Shown: positions 37,988 to 51,820, counted from the first letter of the stretch. The stretch: 64,000 bases of DNA from Ptychomitrium polyphyllum (GCA_973851085.1 OZ316775.1:13640001-13704000), one strand, 5' to 3'. The notes: generated from the letters alone by a model not told the origin. Numbers and translations: made by a program.

Positions 37988-40173
37988 TAGTTTCTAACAT
38001 CTTTTGGCGTTGAGAAGACCTTAGACATTTTAGACACGCTTCGAATGACGGTAGGATGTCAGAATAATGAAGGCTCCTCCCAGATAAGTAAGTTAGGAGC
38101 ATCTTTGAGAGTGAACCTCAATTTTGTAGGATTGCGAGAAATCTGATATGGTCAATTCTTATCGTTACAGCTCATGAGTCAAGAAAACATTGACGATCAT
38201 AAACACGTTTGTGGTTGAGTGAACAGAGATGTTGTGAAGTTAAGGTGTATGTCATTGCAGCCCATTGTATCCTGCCTTCTGACAGGCTTCATAGATGCTA
38301 ATACTGATCCACACTTGAAGCAGATATAGGTAAGACGAGCAGTTTCTTTATGTCCATTTTCTACTTCGCCAAAAAAATGTCGGATTTTCTGGTTGAAGAT
38401 GCCAGAAAAGAAGCTTGAAAATTGCGTGTTCGTGAACGAGGTAGAGATGTTGCTTCCTTGTTCGATTGAACTTCGAAGGTGTGCCCGATTGAACTCTAGG
38501 CCCAAGAAGAACAGATGTTCTCAGGAGATGCATCTGATTGTCCACTGCCTGATATTCAGTCCAACTTGAACAAAGCTCATTCTGCACTACATGGTAGAGT
38601 GCCCTATGAACAAACTTTGGAGGTCTGAAAATTGATGCATTGATGGATTCTGAGTTTCAATGCCGTCGTTTAAGATGATTCTGTGTGAACTTAATGCACG
38701 GAGATTTACGTTGGTTGGAACAACTTAATGGTTGTTTCAAAGTAATCTACATAGACTTTAGACCCACAGCAGCCCATCACACTGTCGTCCTCTGCCAAAT
38801 TACTACGTGCGAAAAGAGCCTAATTACAGTCGAAGCTGTAGAGACTTGGCTTTAACATATCTGATAATATCCTTTCGGAGCATATCCTGTAGAAGAAGCA
38901 AATATCTCTACAGCACCACACCAGTACAAGAAAACATGTTGTACCTAACAATCACGATAGAATCTCAAAAGTAGGGCGGAATGTTGTCAGGCTTCGTACC
39001 CTTCCTACATAAATACCTCCCCTGCATCTGATGCATGTTGCTCCAATCCCTTCCTCAGCAGGTACGAAAAAAGCATCAAGGGAAGTTATGCAGTAGAAAC
39101 CAACTGCAGACTTACTGGACATTCTGGTACTGGAGAGCAGAGTCCAACCAACACAGACCATCAAAAGATACTACCGAAGTTTAGAGACACAAACATAAGA
39201 ATTGAAATCCCAGCCTCAAGAGAGACTTCTGTATTACGAGGATGAGCAAGACCACTTGAAGTCAAAGAAGCATCCAACTTAGATGGAAGAACAAAGCCAA
39301 GCAATGCATCCAGTGCATCGAATACAACAAGAAACCCAGACAAATTATCAACAGAGACATAACGCAGTAACATATCATAATACTAGAATGGCACTTGTAG
39401 GCCAGAATGAATTAATCACCTGAAAAAGAGACAAGACAGTGACCAACAGGTCATCAGGCTACCAATGTACAAGGAAAGGCTACTTCTGATTACATTTGAT
39501 ATCGTATCTGCAAATTTCAACCTGTACTCCACTATTTGCACTGTTCAACCTCCGTCCTTCACGAATCCTCACGGACTCGTCATGCCGTACTCGGACCATG
39601 GGCGTGCAACCTCTCGCACTCTTTAAACGGACGAGCAACACCAACCAAGCTCCCGGTCGTCTACAGGCCGTTTGTAATTCGGTTCAAGAGGGAAAAGAAA
39701 TCATAGCTACAGGTTACAGACCAAAAGGTCAGAAACTAAAAGTCATCAATGTACAACAAGCAGTGATGTCTTGAGCACAAGGCAATTGACCTCTGTCACA
39801 GACTCCATAGCCGAGCAACTCCGCATTGAGCGTAGAGAAATTGGCACGATATTGCACATAAGAACTTGACTGATAAACCATGGCCAAGCTCCGGGGTCGC
39901 ATGCTCAGACCTAAAGGGTGGCTGCTTAGACAACCACGCCTCGCCAAAAATGGGCAAAAATGTTATGTACATATATTTCGCTGCGTGATCGGAACAGCAG
40001 GAATCCAGTTGTGCACCAGCATTTGACTGCAACAGAAACACCAAAAAAAAGCTTCAATAGGCAACACCGCCATCAGCGCCTCAATCTCAACCTCCCCCAA
40101 CCCGCTTGCCAACCACGCCATCGGTATGAGAGCAACAGCCACCCTCCCAACCCCCGTCATGTACAACAACTAC

Positions 40174-40587
40174 TCAATCCACCATGTGGTATGTGCTATT
40201 GTCAGGCGCAAAAGCCCAGTAATCCCGCAACTGCATTCGACACAGAGACGGGCTCTTCGTTTCGATGAGCTCCAACAAATGCTCGAAAAACGCAACATCG
40301 CAAGCAATGATCAACCCCACGTCGTGCCGGTACCCGAACTCCTCCGCCGACTTCTCCAGCAGCACCTGAAACGTATCATGCTTCAGAATCTTGGCCTTGA
40401 TCACAAACCGGCGCCGCTCCTCGCCCACATACACCACCAAGAACCCCGCCGGCACATCACTCGGCACAATACTTTCATCATCCGACCGCACCTCGGAGTT
40501 CGGATGCACATTGTGGTGGTGAAAATTCTGCAACCCGTGCTGCAACTTCTGCAACGCTCTGTGCACCTTCACCCCACACCTCCCCAT
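40174..40587 (-). CDS. SAUR: Small auxin-up RNA (SAUR) family protein, 137 aa
   Basis: Intronless. Contains the SAUR core DVPAGFLVVYVGEERRRFVI...FQVLLEKSAEEFGY...LIIACD..FFEHLL. Confidence 0.93.
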   Translation of the reverse strand: MGRCGVKVHRALQKLQHGLQNFHHHNVHPNSEVRSDDESIVPSDVPAGFLVVYVGEERRRFVIKAKILKHDTFQVLLEKSAEEFGYRHDVGLIIACDVAFFEHLLELIETKSPSLCRMQLRDYWAFAPDNSTYHMVD

Positions 40588-43198
40588 CGATACACCCGCG
40601 CAAACTACAAGACCACCAAAACACTAAAACCTCGACCACAAAACCTCGATCACCCGATGCGCACGCAATGGCGTCCACTTCCAAACGAGTCACTGCAATG
40701 CGCTCCAACCCGCTCAACTCTCTGTCTCTCTGTTTCTCTGTCTCTCAATCCCTGACCTCTTCACCACAAGAAACGATGGAAATCGATTGATGACGAAGAG
40801 CGCTCTGCAATTACAGCTACACTTGAGACAGAAGGAAATGCGAGCTAAATGCGCCAAGCCATGCAAGCGATGGCGCAGCGGCAATGCAGATAACATGGAA
40901 ATGAATGCAAAAACAAGGCCGATCTCTTGCACTCATGTGCTGCTTAGCACTCAAATGTCCAAAAGTATAATGCAACTCGAATGGCCAAACGGCAAAGACA
41001 GCTGCGAGGATCAGCTTCAAAATGAGAGCAACGCCCAGAGCCAATTGACACAAAACTTAAAAAGAGATCGACGATATCTATACTCTTCCCTAGATTCTTG
41101 AGAGTCAAATGTTCGTTGAGTGCTGATAGTAGAGAACCTTCGAGGCGCGTTGTGAAACTTTCTTTTACGTTTCTCTAGAATTCGAGTTCTGAACGTAGAC
41201 CCACGGTAGATGACGTAAAGCAATGGGCAATCTACGATGCTTTCGATGGCTTTATCTACGATTTCTCAACGTTGCGGGTAGTTGGATTTAAGCAATTAGT
41301 AGACGACGGCGGTCTTAGGCGTGGTGACGGTTATGGGTGTAGGCTTTAGGAGTGAGGAAAGACGAAAGTCACGCGATGAGGTGCGTGTGGGGACCACGGT
41401 TTCGGACCAGGAGCCGTGTTCTGCGGCGTCTGGATATGGTGAGGGACGCGGGGTGGTGTTGGTGGATGAATTATTGGAGTATCTTGGGTGGGGGTTCCGG
41501 TGTTCGATGGATGAGGAAGTTAATCATGTGGCGAGGTAGAGCCTGCTGTGTTTCCAATCAGTCTTTTTATTTGGCCCTTTTCCGTTCAGGGTTCTCTCTT
41601 TTTTTTGGGGGTTTAGCAATTGTTGAAAGTAGCTTTGTGCTTTATTCGTTGTGTGGGACTTTGGAGGGAGGGCCAGGATCATGTGTAGTGGTTCAACAAT
41701 TTTAGGGCCGATTGGTAGGGGAAATGTATTTTTATGAAGGTGTATACAAATGAAAAAACTTTTGGTAGGATTGAAGGCCTGATATGATGTGGCCATTTGA
41801 TAGGCTATTGAGCAAAGCAGACAAGTCACAATCAATAATGTACAAGGTGTGCAACCAACTTCTTTTGGACCACAAGATGTTATGTAACCTTTATAGAATT
41901 GAGTAGGATTTTTAATACTTTAAAAAGTCCTATACAAATTTATTAGAAAAATTAATTTAATACATAAAAATTTGCATGAATTTTTTTTGAACCTTCATGA
42001 ATATTGTTTGTTCAAATTGCAACTATGCATTGGATGTAAGAATATCCAATTAAATAAGTCATCTTTATCAATCACATTAGATTGTGTCTATTAAAATAAA
42101 ACAAAATATTTGTGAAAATGTCACATAGTATATAAAAATGACATATATGATGTTCACACAAATATCAATAAGACCACTTTTTTTTTAAAAATTATATAAA
42201 CTTATATATTGATAATATTAATGACCTCCCAGTTGGATTCTTTTGAAATTTTCAATTCTAATGTCTCATTTAGCCCATTTATCATTGATAAGTTTTTAAT
42301 GATATATGGATCTTTTCAATGAGCATAAAAGTCCATCCACATTGATAAACAAAAAGGACTATTTTACAAACCTCTAATATATTTGATTATTACAACACTA
42401 CAAAATATTTGTTATAATTGGTGAAAACAAATTGAAAACATGTTGATTTCCATTAAACTCTCTTTCTATTAAAACACACATTAATGATGTTGAAATATTA
42501 TGTGGCATCTTTTTAGTGGCTTAACATCACTTGATTTAAAATCTTTTACATTTTAAAGTTTCATATGACCAAATTACAACATGCATTCCAAAAATAAAAA
42601 TAAAAATTATGAGCATTTTAAGATTTTAAAACTTCATTCCAAATTATAATTTTAAGCATGGTCATGAAATGCCCATAGTAGATGAAAATGCCAAAATAAG
42701 AATGAGAGGTTCATAAAGAAGGAACTAGTATTCTTTAACAATACAAGCAATTCACCTTCATTTTTGAAGTATAAAATCAATGATAAAGGATGATAAGAAA
42801 ATATATGAATAATTGTATGAATACATAAGTCGAATTTGGTGACTTGGAATACAAAATCCCTCAATCTTTAGTTGATCAAGATTTCAACAATGGAATTGTA
42901 CATTTTATTCATGAAATTATCCCCTTTGGACAAGGATTGAAAAGAATTATTGAAAAGTATTATACAAACATATGGTTTTTTAGTACCAATAGGCTTGTCC
43001 AATTTGGAGATTACACAGTTTTCTAAGTAATCGCTACAAGAAATCTACAAAGACAGTTCCCACAACAATTTTCCCGAAAATTCTGAAAAAAGGGACGGAA
43101 GGACCATAATACCAAATCAACAGGAAACCCATGACGACACATCCAAAGAAGTTGTCCACCGGCCGCGTCGTATCAAAAGGGTTAAGTTCCCTCGTTCA

Positions 43199-43252
43199 GA
43201 GCCTGAGCGGGAGCCAGACCCTGAGCCTGAGCCTGAGCGTGAGCCTGAGCCT
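43199..43252. repeat. Imperfect (gagcct)n hexamer microsatellite
   Basis: gagcctgagcgggagccagaccctgagcctgagcctgagcgtgagcctgagcct. Confidence 0.7.
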
Positions 43253-46200
43253 GCCAAGGCGAATGGTAGTCAAGGGGGGTTCATCGTCAATGACAGAAGG
43301 CCAAGCGAAGAGTAGGTGAAACTCATAAAGCCGGGAGCAACTGACACTTCGCACTCATCATGACTCAAAGCGGAGTGCATGAGGTGGGATAAAATCATAA
43401 CTAGTACTGCGGAGTGCGGCCTGCCTTCTTTTGAACCCCACCCACGTCCTTTCCGTACGTCCTTTCCGTGCGCAAGGACCAGTCATTGGGCGGCCTACCT
43501 CCTGGACCCGACTCGTCCCCACGGACCCGTTCTAGGGACCACACCCAATAACAAGGACAGTCCCCTTTCCGCCAGTTCGTCGCGCTCTGTAAAGCCCCTC
43601 TTTTCACACCACTGTACCGGGCCGGTGTCCTTCCTAGTACACTACCTTACCGCACTTTACAGGCTACAGCACTCAGTCTGCCGGTCATAGCACTTTCGGC
43701 ATCCTTACGAGTGAACTCGGCTCATTTATGCAGAGCCCCTGTTCCTTTCCGCTGGACACGCCTGTATTTTGTCCCGTTGACCGGCTGGCCGTGTTGAGAA
43801 GTCCCACCAGGTTGTAGTTTTACAGCCTTGCAGCATGCACTGGAGCTGCGTATGCGTCACCTTGATGGTGCTGTTGACGCGGTGTTAATGATAACTCCCA
43901 ATAATCTGTCTATGTTGAGGTTAGAAAAGGCGATGAAGTTCCGGGGGCCTGCAGTGCGCCACCGGCTGCATGCTGGTGGAACAGATTTGCATGTGAAGGA
44001 GTGCTTCTGACAAATGATTTAGAAACTGCTTCGGCAGTCTGGTGATCCGTATGAGCACCTGCGAGACGCTATTTCTATAGTACTCCACGTGTAGGTTGCG
44101 GGCGTGTGTGAGCTGGCGGGTTGTCTCCGTCGGAGTAACCTTTGTCAGGATGAGTACTGGAACGACGTCGTGCGCTAGATGTTGTCTAAGATGAGGAAGG
44201 AAAGAATTCCCTCGTGGACTTCTGTTGCAGCTCACCATTTAGCAAGATTTAAGGGCTGTTGTGGAGACCCCAAATTATCAGCGACTTGATTCTATCAGCA
44301 CTAAACGTGCTTCATTGTAAGTTAAGCAGGCCGGTGCAAATCTGGCCTGTAATCAGCACTCAGGAGATGTGCAAAATTGTGTACGAGCAGGTGGACGACA
44401 AAAGTACAGCAAATCAGAGGGCTTTTCTAGCGCATCTGAGTTTTATCCATTTCTGGTGAGAACTTTGACTTTTTTACGTGCTTTATTTGGGAGAAACAGA
44501 ACATCAGGTAATTGTCGGAGCACACTTCTGGTGCCATGCTCCTTAACCTTGAGCAGTCAACGGCGAAAGAGGACATATGGCCCTGCTCCTCAGTACAGTG
44601 TCCTCTTAACGGGATTCGAAAATGCTTCTTGCTTTTGTAAGTTGCTTTCGTTGCCAATTTTGGCACGATCTAAGCAGGGATTTGAAGCTATTCCTGTTGA
44701 TTCCTGAGGACCTGAGGTGGTCATAGATGATTATTGTGCATTTATTAGTGAACCAATCCACCACTAGACTATCAAGACTTTGGAGTAGAGTTATACGCAG
44801 CATATGACGATAATGTAAATGTCGTGTATCTTGTGTTTAGGACTTGTTTACGGAGGTTTTGCTTGAAGCACTCAGCCGTTACATAATTTTTTTTCGACTT
44901 GCCATATCCAGGTTCATCTGCACCAAAAATTTAACATATATGCCGGCCTCAACTGTTAGGTAAATCTTTGCAATACACACAAAGTTCATTACCTACCACG
45001 AATAGACCAGCGCATATACTAGAAGCACAATTTCACGTTGAGTTCCAGTACTTGAGTATCTAAAGGATTCAATACTTTGGGAGGTACTTCTTCGTGAAGG
45101 AAACTGGTCATGCTGTGAAGCATGATTTCCGATAAAGGTGCAGTAGGACGTAATAATGCAATACCTGATTACGACGTTGCGTTCCAGTCTTGTTATCATT
45201 TCGAACCTGAATTATTCTAAATAAATGCACTAGAAGTTAGGCTGTTCAGTCCTGAAAAATCAGCTCATTTCCACTGTGTTGGACAAGGTCAACGACCACG
45301 TCAAGGGATCTGCCCAGGATTTGCATGTAATCGTGAAATTAATTAGCTAGTGGGTCTGAGCTTTTCTATTGAAACGAAGCAAATTTTTCGTCTTACGGTT
45401 TTCATGTTATTGCCAAACACCCGATGCCCGAATATATTCCTATTCAGTTTTAATATCCCCTAGTTTAATATTCACAATCCAGGACCAGGTTTGTCAAAAG
45501 GTAGGGAAAGTTCTATTTTCATCCTGAACAGTAGTATTATGACACTAATTTGAGTGGAACAAGGAGCGACGATAGTGTTACCTAGTTACCTGACTCGTAC
45601 GAATCGATTAGATCCCACTGCTCAGTGGCTATTTCAATTTCGTAGTCTCAAATTGAATAGGTTTTTGTCAAACAGTATTGCGGCATGTTCTTGCTCTCCT
45701 GCTCTGTCGGTGTCCTGCTGAGGAGCTGGAACATAATCTGAATCAAACTGTAAGGTGATACAGAACGACGTTATGAGTTGCTTACTTCGGTGTTTCAACC
45801 TCACAGGTTTTTCTTTGCCCGCTAGCTATGCGTGGGGCCGGATTTTTTGAGCCTCAGCTGTTCTAATCTTAGGAGATACCTTTTGATAATGGCATGATCA
45901 TTTGTACAGAAAGGAAAGAGAGATCGTCACCCTAGCTTCCACCTTACAGTACGTATATTGTAGCTCTCTCGTAAGGCCCTAGCTAGTCTTCAACTGGATC
46001 TTCCTTGACGACAAGAACTCGATTCCAGGATCCACCATGCAGACAATGAGACCAATCTCCTTTTGTGTGAGTTATATAAATAGATAACCTACTCAAACAC
46101 TAAACTACACTCCCGCATATACAGCAGGATCGCCATATGCATTTGCCCTTTCCTGTTGCAGCTTGCTTCCAACCTTCCCCAATTGCTGCAATGCCCGGGC

Positions 46201-46873
46201 AAGGGCGGTTTGTCTTGCTCTTTTTTAATAAGGAACCTGTTGTGCTGTGAAAGAGAGATGCCGCGTTAACTCATCGGGATTGTATATCATCCACCGCAGA
46301 TTTTAGCAAGTTCGAATACCAGAGTATGAAAAAGATCATTATATTGACATGAGAGGACAATTACAGGCTCAGTTTTGAAAGGGCGTGTGTTTGCAAGAAC
46401 GAATTCTGAGCAGGCAAGAACTACCTCTAACTTTCACAAAAAGTCCGACAATCAAATCTGGTAAACTTCAAGTTGAAGAGACCTTGTAATTTGACAATGT
46501 GATGGCCATGGCTTTCACATGAGAAACTCTTCAGATATATACTACTCGTGCTCTCAACAGAAAATTGAGATCCAGTAGAGATTTCTCCTACAACGACTAG
46601 AAGGAGAACAGCTTTAAAGTAGCCGATTACAGAATATGCAGACTGTCGCTCTTGATGAACAAATAACAATTCGCCGAGCAGAATTGGCTCCCATGGAGTC
46701 CTTGCAGATGTAAATCTGTCCTATCTATATTTTGAAGCACTGATGCTCGTTAGCTATGGCCGGGGTTCCATAGGAACTGCAAAATTAGTAGTTCAGATGA
46801 CAGAGAAAATACTTCATATTTTGTAACACAGCAGAAGGAGAGTAGCGTCTCCTGATTTGGTTCTGAAACACTC

Positions 46874-47350
46874 CTACCCTGAGTGACCTGAACTAGAGTG
46901 TTTTATGTCGTTCGAATAACATGTCGAGTCGCCTTCCAACCACCACAAAAAATGCTCAAAATCATCTGGAGAACACGCAATTCGCAATCCGCCTTCGCAT
47001 CGCAAACCATATTCCTCTTCAGACTTTTCCAACAGCGCTCTGAAGACGTTGTTGCTCAGGTACGACGTCGGGATGATGAAGCGCCTCCGCTCCTCGCCCA
47101 CGTACACGGGGAGACTCCCTGCGGGAACATCTTGCGGCGGACCCGACCGGCACTCCTCCTCGCAGTCGGAATAAGCGTCCACGACGCTCTCGTAGCCAGC
47201 CGAGCGGTGCGAGCTTCCCCACGAACGAGAAAACTCGGAAGAGGTGAAGCTCATTCCCCTGCTGGAACTTCGTTGTGAAGTCTGGATGTCATATCGCGAC
47301 ATATGCAAAAGTTTCTTCAAAAACTGGTTAAGTTTCTTGGATTTCGTCAT
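46874..47350 (-). CDS. SAUR: SAUR family protein, 158 aa
   Basis: First ATG at 47350 (the ORF-track start at 47395 is TTG). Contains DVPAGSLPVYVGEERRRFIIPTSYL...FRALLEKSEEEYG...GLRIAC...FEHFLW. Confidence 0.93.
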   Translation of the reverse strand: MTKSKKLNQFLKKLLHMSRYDIQTSQRSSSRGMSFTSSEFSRSWGSSHRSAGYESVVDAYSDCEEECRSGPPQDVPAGSLPVYVGEERRRFIIPTSYLSNNVFRALLEKSEEEYGLRCEGGLRIACSPDDFEHFLWWLEGDSTCYSNDIKHSSSGHSG

Positions 47351-48101
47351 AACTGCAGATACTAAAGCTTCTGGAACTCTAAAAATGCTGATCAATTACA
47401 ACAGGCCTTTGGTGCTCTAGTAGCAGCCCACCTAGGGAAGAGCTACTCTGCACAATGCACCCTCAAACAGAAGCAAGCTGTTTGCACTCCTCACCACTCT
47501 CACACACGGACATTCTCTCGCAGCATGGAGCTACAACACCGTAGCAAGGCGCAATCTTCCGGATGCCAATCACAACAACAGCTCGTAGAAATTCGCAGCA
47601 CCTGGAAACTACTACTAAACTCTCTTGTAAACTGCCGGTTGCTACGAATAAACCAATGCAAATATTGCTGAACCTTCCGCCTCTCAGACCCCTCCCACAC
47701 ACAGGTGCAGAAACGGGAGAACAGTACGCACTAAGCGTCACATAAAGCAAAAGGCAAGGCAGAGTTGGCGATGGCGTGGGCGATGGCGACTCTCAGCAAC
47801 AAACAGATCAGCTCTGAAGAAACCAGTACGTGGGTTGTTGAAGTCTGGCGAGCTGAGCGCGCAGCTTTGGGTGCGCTCAGTTAACCCACCCTCTCAGGGT
47901 AGCGTACAAATGAGCAACACCCAGAACGCAAAGCTTCCATACTATCTACGCATGGAGTAGATTTCAGAGTCTCCAACGGATGCCCCCGGTAGATACAGGT
48001 GGTACTGGATCTGGAGTCCAAGTCGCTCACAGAATCCAAACGAAGCGGACCAGGTGAGGTTCTCGTCATGGATGGTTTGGGTGCGAAAATGGCTTGTAGA
48101 A

Positions 48102-48110
48102 CATTTATAG
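48102..48110 (-). promoter_or_regulatory. Candidate TATA box of the second SAUR gene
   Basis: ctataaatg on the minus strand. A TGTCTC AuxRE-like hexamer lies further upstream at 48233-48238. Confidence 0.35.
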
Positions 48111-50997
48111 TCTGTGGGCTAGTGCTACAGCCTACTCCCTTTGCGATGAGGAATAAGTTGTGCTGTGCTTTGTGACTTGAAATCTGCTATCACTTGGGTT
48201 AGGTACATTAGACAAACGCTGTAATCATGTCCTGTCTCGCAGATTCATTGGATTGGATGGGACAGTTGGCTTGAGGCTATTGGCTGCGAGCTTCGACTCA
48301 AGTAGTACCGATTTGCAGGCATTCTGGTTGGCATTTTATGAGGTGTAATTGCTCTGGGTTATACGTGAGTCTGACTATTAGAGCTATGGCACTATTCTAT
48401 GGTGCCTCTGAAAAACTTTCTTACGAAATCATCAACCTTGATTCTCACATATTATAGTTCAACATTTTAAAGCGAAGGTAAATGATTCTAACTATAGGAA
48501 AATCTTATGGAAATTTTGAAACAAAAGAAGGTGTTTTTAAATGGATGTCAAATAATTGTCGACAGTTGTTTCAACAAATATGTTTTAACATCATATTCAT
48601 TATATGAACTTTAAATTGAATTGTTGCAATCAAGGTCATGTGTGGTTAAAATGTGATTTTGTACAACAATTTATAAATGTTTTAATTAGATGAATGGTTG
48701 GTCCTAATTTAAGCAATTTAAAATTTAGATGTTTCAACATCAGCAAATAATGCTTAGTAAGCAAGTTTGAACCAAGTTGTATTCTATAACAATAGCATGG
48801 ACAACCTTTTTCACTTTAATCATCAGATAACTAAAAAGGGTAACCAACCATATTGAATTATTAGCATGCACAACTCACAAGCACATTGGCAACAAATACT
48901 CAAGATAAGATCCACATGTTGATTTAGAATGTTCCTGATATCCTAACTGAATGTTCCCAATCAGGGCAAACCACGTTATTGCCACGAAATGTTATGCAAT
49001 CTCTACCACTTTGGTCAAGAATAATATTATCATGCTGTCAAATATCAAGTTATAATTGACCATGCCAGTGTTGACCAACCGATACTCACAATGTTGGAGA
49101 AGGCCACGTTCTAGACCCAAGCCTTCCAGGAAACATGGAATAGTTTAGGAGTATTGTACAATGCTGCAGTTTGTGAAAGTGTAAAATTGTAAGGCCCACA
49201 TTTGTACTTTGTAATAGACTGTGCATTTTGTTTTGATGATGCTTTAGGTGGGACATATATTAGTCTATCCAACCAAGTTATATCTCTGGAAGTGATCCTT
49301 TGAACAAATTTGGAGCCGTGAGCAACTTCTAAGTTGTATGGATTATGTGAGATGAGCAGAATATTGTTGAGAGTGCTCTTTGCACGTACTGCATTTTAAT
49401 GCCTAGAAACTGCACTGCAGAGTTGTTGAGTAATAGGATGTGTTCAAGGACCAAGACTTGAAGCAAATAACTGCATATATTTCTGCTTGTAGCTCATTGT
49501 GCATGAGTTACACTGTATGATACTTTCCACTCCTGCACGTGCAACTAAGAAACTTACCAAGTAGAGGCCAAATCAAGGAGAGCCCTAAATTGTACATTTG
49601 ACAAAATAAGTTCTTCTCATCATTTGTTCGTTGGAAAGAATTCCATTCTCCATTGAACATAATTTCTTAATTCGTGCATTATCCTTGCACCAGATCAACA
49701 TCTGCACATGAACAGGCTCAACATTATCCACAGTACGTTATGATAGACCATGCCTACTCTTCCTTCTGTGGCATGCCTGAGGAAGAAGGCTTCTTAGTCT
49801 AAAACATTGACAACTGCAAGGAATGTTTGTGGTGGCTCTCCAAATAGGCAAGCGTGTTATAAAATGACGTCCATACGTGTCTTTTACTGTTAGACTTGCT
49901 GTCTTTCATGAATGCAACATAGGTATCAAACAGCTTATAATTCGTTATAAAAGACAATCAGGTGGTGCCAAAGCTTTGTAAAGTAGGACAGATTCTGATT
50001 TGCCGTTATAAACCTGTGTTCAATTCCTGCCAAATTTGAGTTAGTATAGCACTGCAAAATTATTATAAATGTGGTGATCCTAGTGATCAGATTTTGGTGA
50101 GCAGGATAATACTATACACAACAAGGTTTGATCAATTAATTTTCCAGTGGAGGTAAATCAAATGAAAGCTCATGCAAACTCCATACTGCTTGTACAGTTT
50201 TTTTAATTACATATAATGTGATAATCACTCATTATCATAAGATCATGGGTATAATACATGTATAACGTGGTCGGTTCATTAGTTTATGAATGCACTGCTA
50301 CACACCATACTCTGCACCACTGTGTAGCAGATGTTTAAGAGAAGTCTTCTGAACATACCAATTTGAAGCAATTCTCATTTTCACATGAAATAGACATCTC
50401 TCTGCTGTTTGAGTATTGGCAAGCAATTGCTTTCTTAAGAATATCTTTTTGGGAGTTCAAGTAGTTTGTAAACTTCTGAAGGACTAGCCTGTACTGAAAG
50501 AGTTGAGTTTAGAGGCTTCAGGATCTTGTGGTTGGTGTGCACATTTCTTTTTGGCCAGAGTGGTCTCAACAGCTATGACCAGGTCGATGAATTTCCACAT
50601 AGTAAAGCATCATGAGATTTGAAAAATCCTCCTGAATGATTATCACTAGAAGCTTTTTGGCACCATGGCTTTCTTTTATGGATACTCTAGGGTGGAATTC
50701 AAGAGCCCTTAAAACTTGTTCAAGGTTCAGAAAATAGATTTAGAAATGCCATAGAAAGGACATGGAGTCACAAGACTCACGTTGTATACTAATTTGCAAC
50801 TCATGACTCACAAACAAAACCATGAACCTTTTAGTCCTATTTTACATCATCCAAACAAACATGACACTTTGCAAACTCATGGCCTACAAACAAAACCATG
50901 GAGATATCAAGGAAATGCTATGGAGATATCTTTCTTTTCTGAAAGTGAACTTGGCAGGTCTTTAACATAGAGGAGCCACTTAACTGATTCAATTCAA

Positions 50998-51105
50998 TGC
51001 CTCTCTCTGGTGGATTGAAAACTGGATCTTCAGTTTATAAGACTGACGCTCTGCCACCGGACCTTCAGTTTACAAGACTAATGGGCCTACACTAAGCAAT
51101 GAAGG
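50998..51105 (-). pseudogene. tRNA-Thr(TGT)-derived pseudogene or SINE-like relic with an internal duplication
   Basis: Minus strand reads ...TTAGTCTTGTAAACTGAAGGTCCG GTGGCAGAGCGTCAGTCTTATAAACTGAAGATCCAGTTTTCAATCC...GAGGCA. This matches the recalled plant tRNA-Thr(TGT) core GTGGTAGAGCGTCAGTCTTGTAAACTGAAGGTC...GTTCGATCC. Confidence 0.7.
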
Positions 51106-51818
51106 AACAATGAACCCACAGACAGTCACATGTTGTCAGATTGGTGCCAGAAATGAATTTACTAATATGATTACTGTACTAACGCACTTGGAAATATGAC
51201 GTTGAAGAATGACATATTTCCAACTTTGCAAATCACATACATACTCCTCAGAATGTGCATAGAGAACATTCACATGTTCTGCTTTAATGGCATCTTTGCG
51301 CATGGCTAGAGTCTCATCATCCTTCTTTGAGAACTTCTGCCGAGTATTCAGACATATTCCATTTCATCAACTGACATGTGAAGGTAAGTGAGCCAGGAAC
51401 TATAAGATTATCAAGATTCAGGATATCTCTGCATTTCTACATAGCATACCCAATTCTACTCCTCATTGAAAAGGCAATTGGTGCACTGATAGTTGAGGAA
51501 ACCGAAGCCTGTGCGTATGATTTACGATGGATCCTGAGGAACTAGCCCTGTGCAGGACCGCCATTCGTCAAGCCTGGCAGACACTACAATTCAGGAAATC
51601 GCCATAGACAGATGAACTAATGCAGTACAGAACAATCACAAAGAAGAAAAACGTAGGTGACAACTCCCATAAATGGATTCTTTTCCAAGTCTCAGATTAA
51701 TGTGCTATGAATTTACTTGTACTTGAATTTGAACGTTAATACCTCGCTTGAAAATCCTGGTAGGACAGCTAAGAAACCAGTGAATTCCTTCAAACCATAC
51801 AAAAGTGCAAGTACCCCT

Positions 51819-51820
<2 letters not shown>

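Noticed and set aside
40126..40755. 209-aa plus-strand ORF
   Set aside because: Antisense shadow of the SAUR CDS with no recognisable domain.
41402..41411. tcggaccagg, the 5' half of miR166
   Set aside because: The match ends after 10 nt and there is no precursor hairpin.
46722..46728. ATAGAT in the SAUR 3' UTR as a DST instability element
   Set aside because: Only the core hexamer is present. The flanking GGA and GTA subdomains are not arranged as in the consensus.
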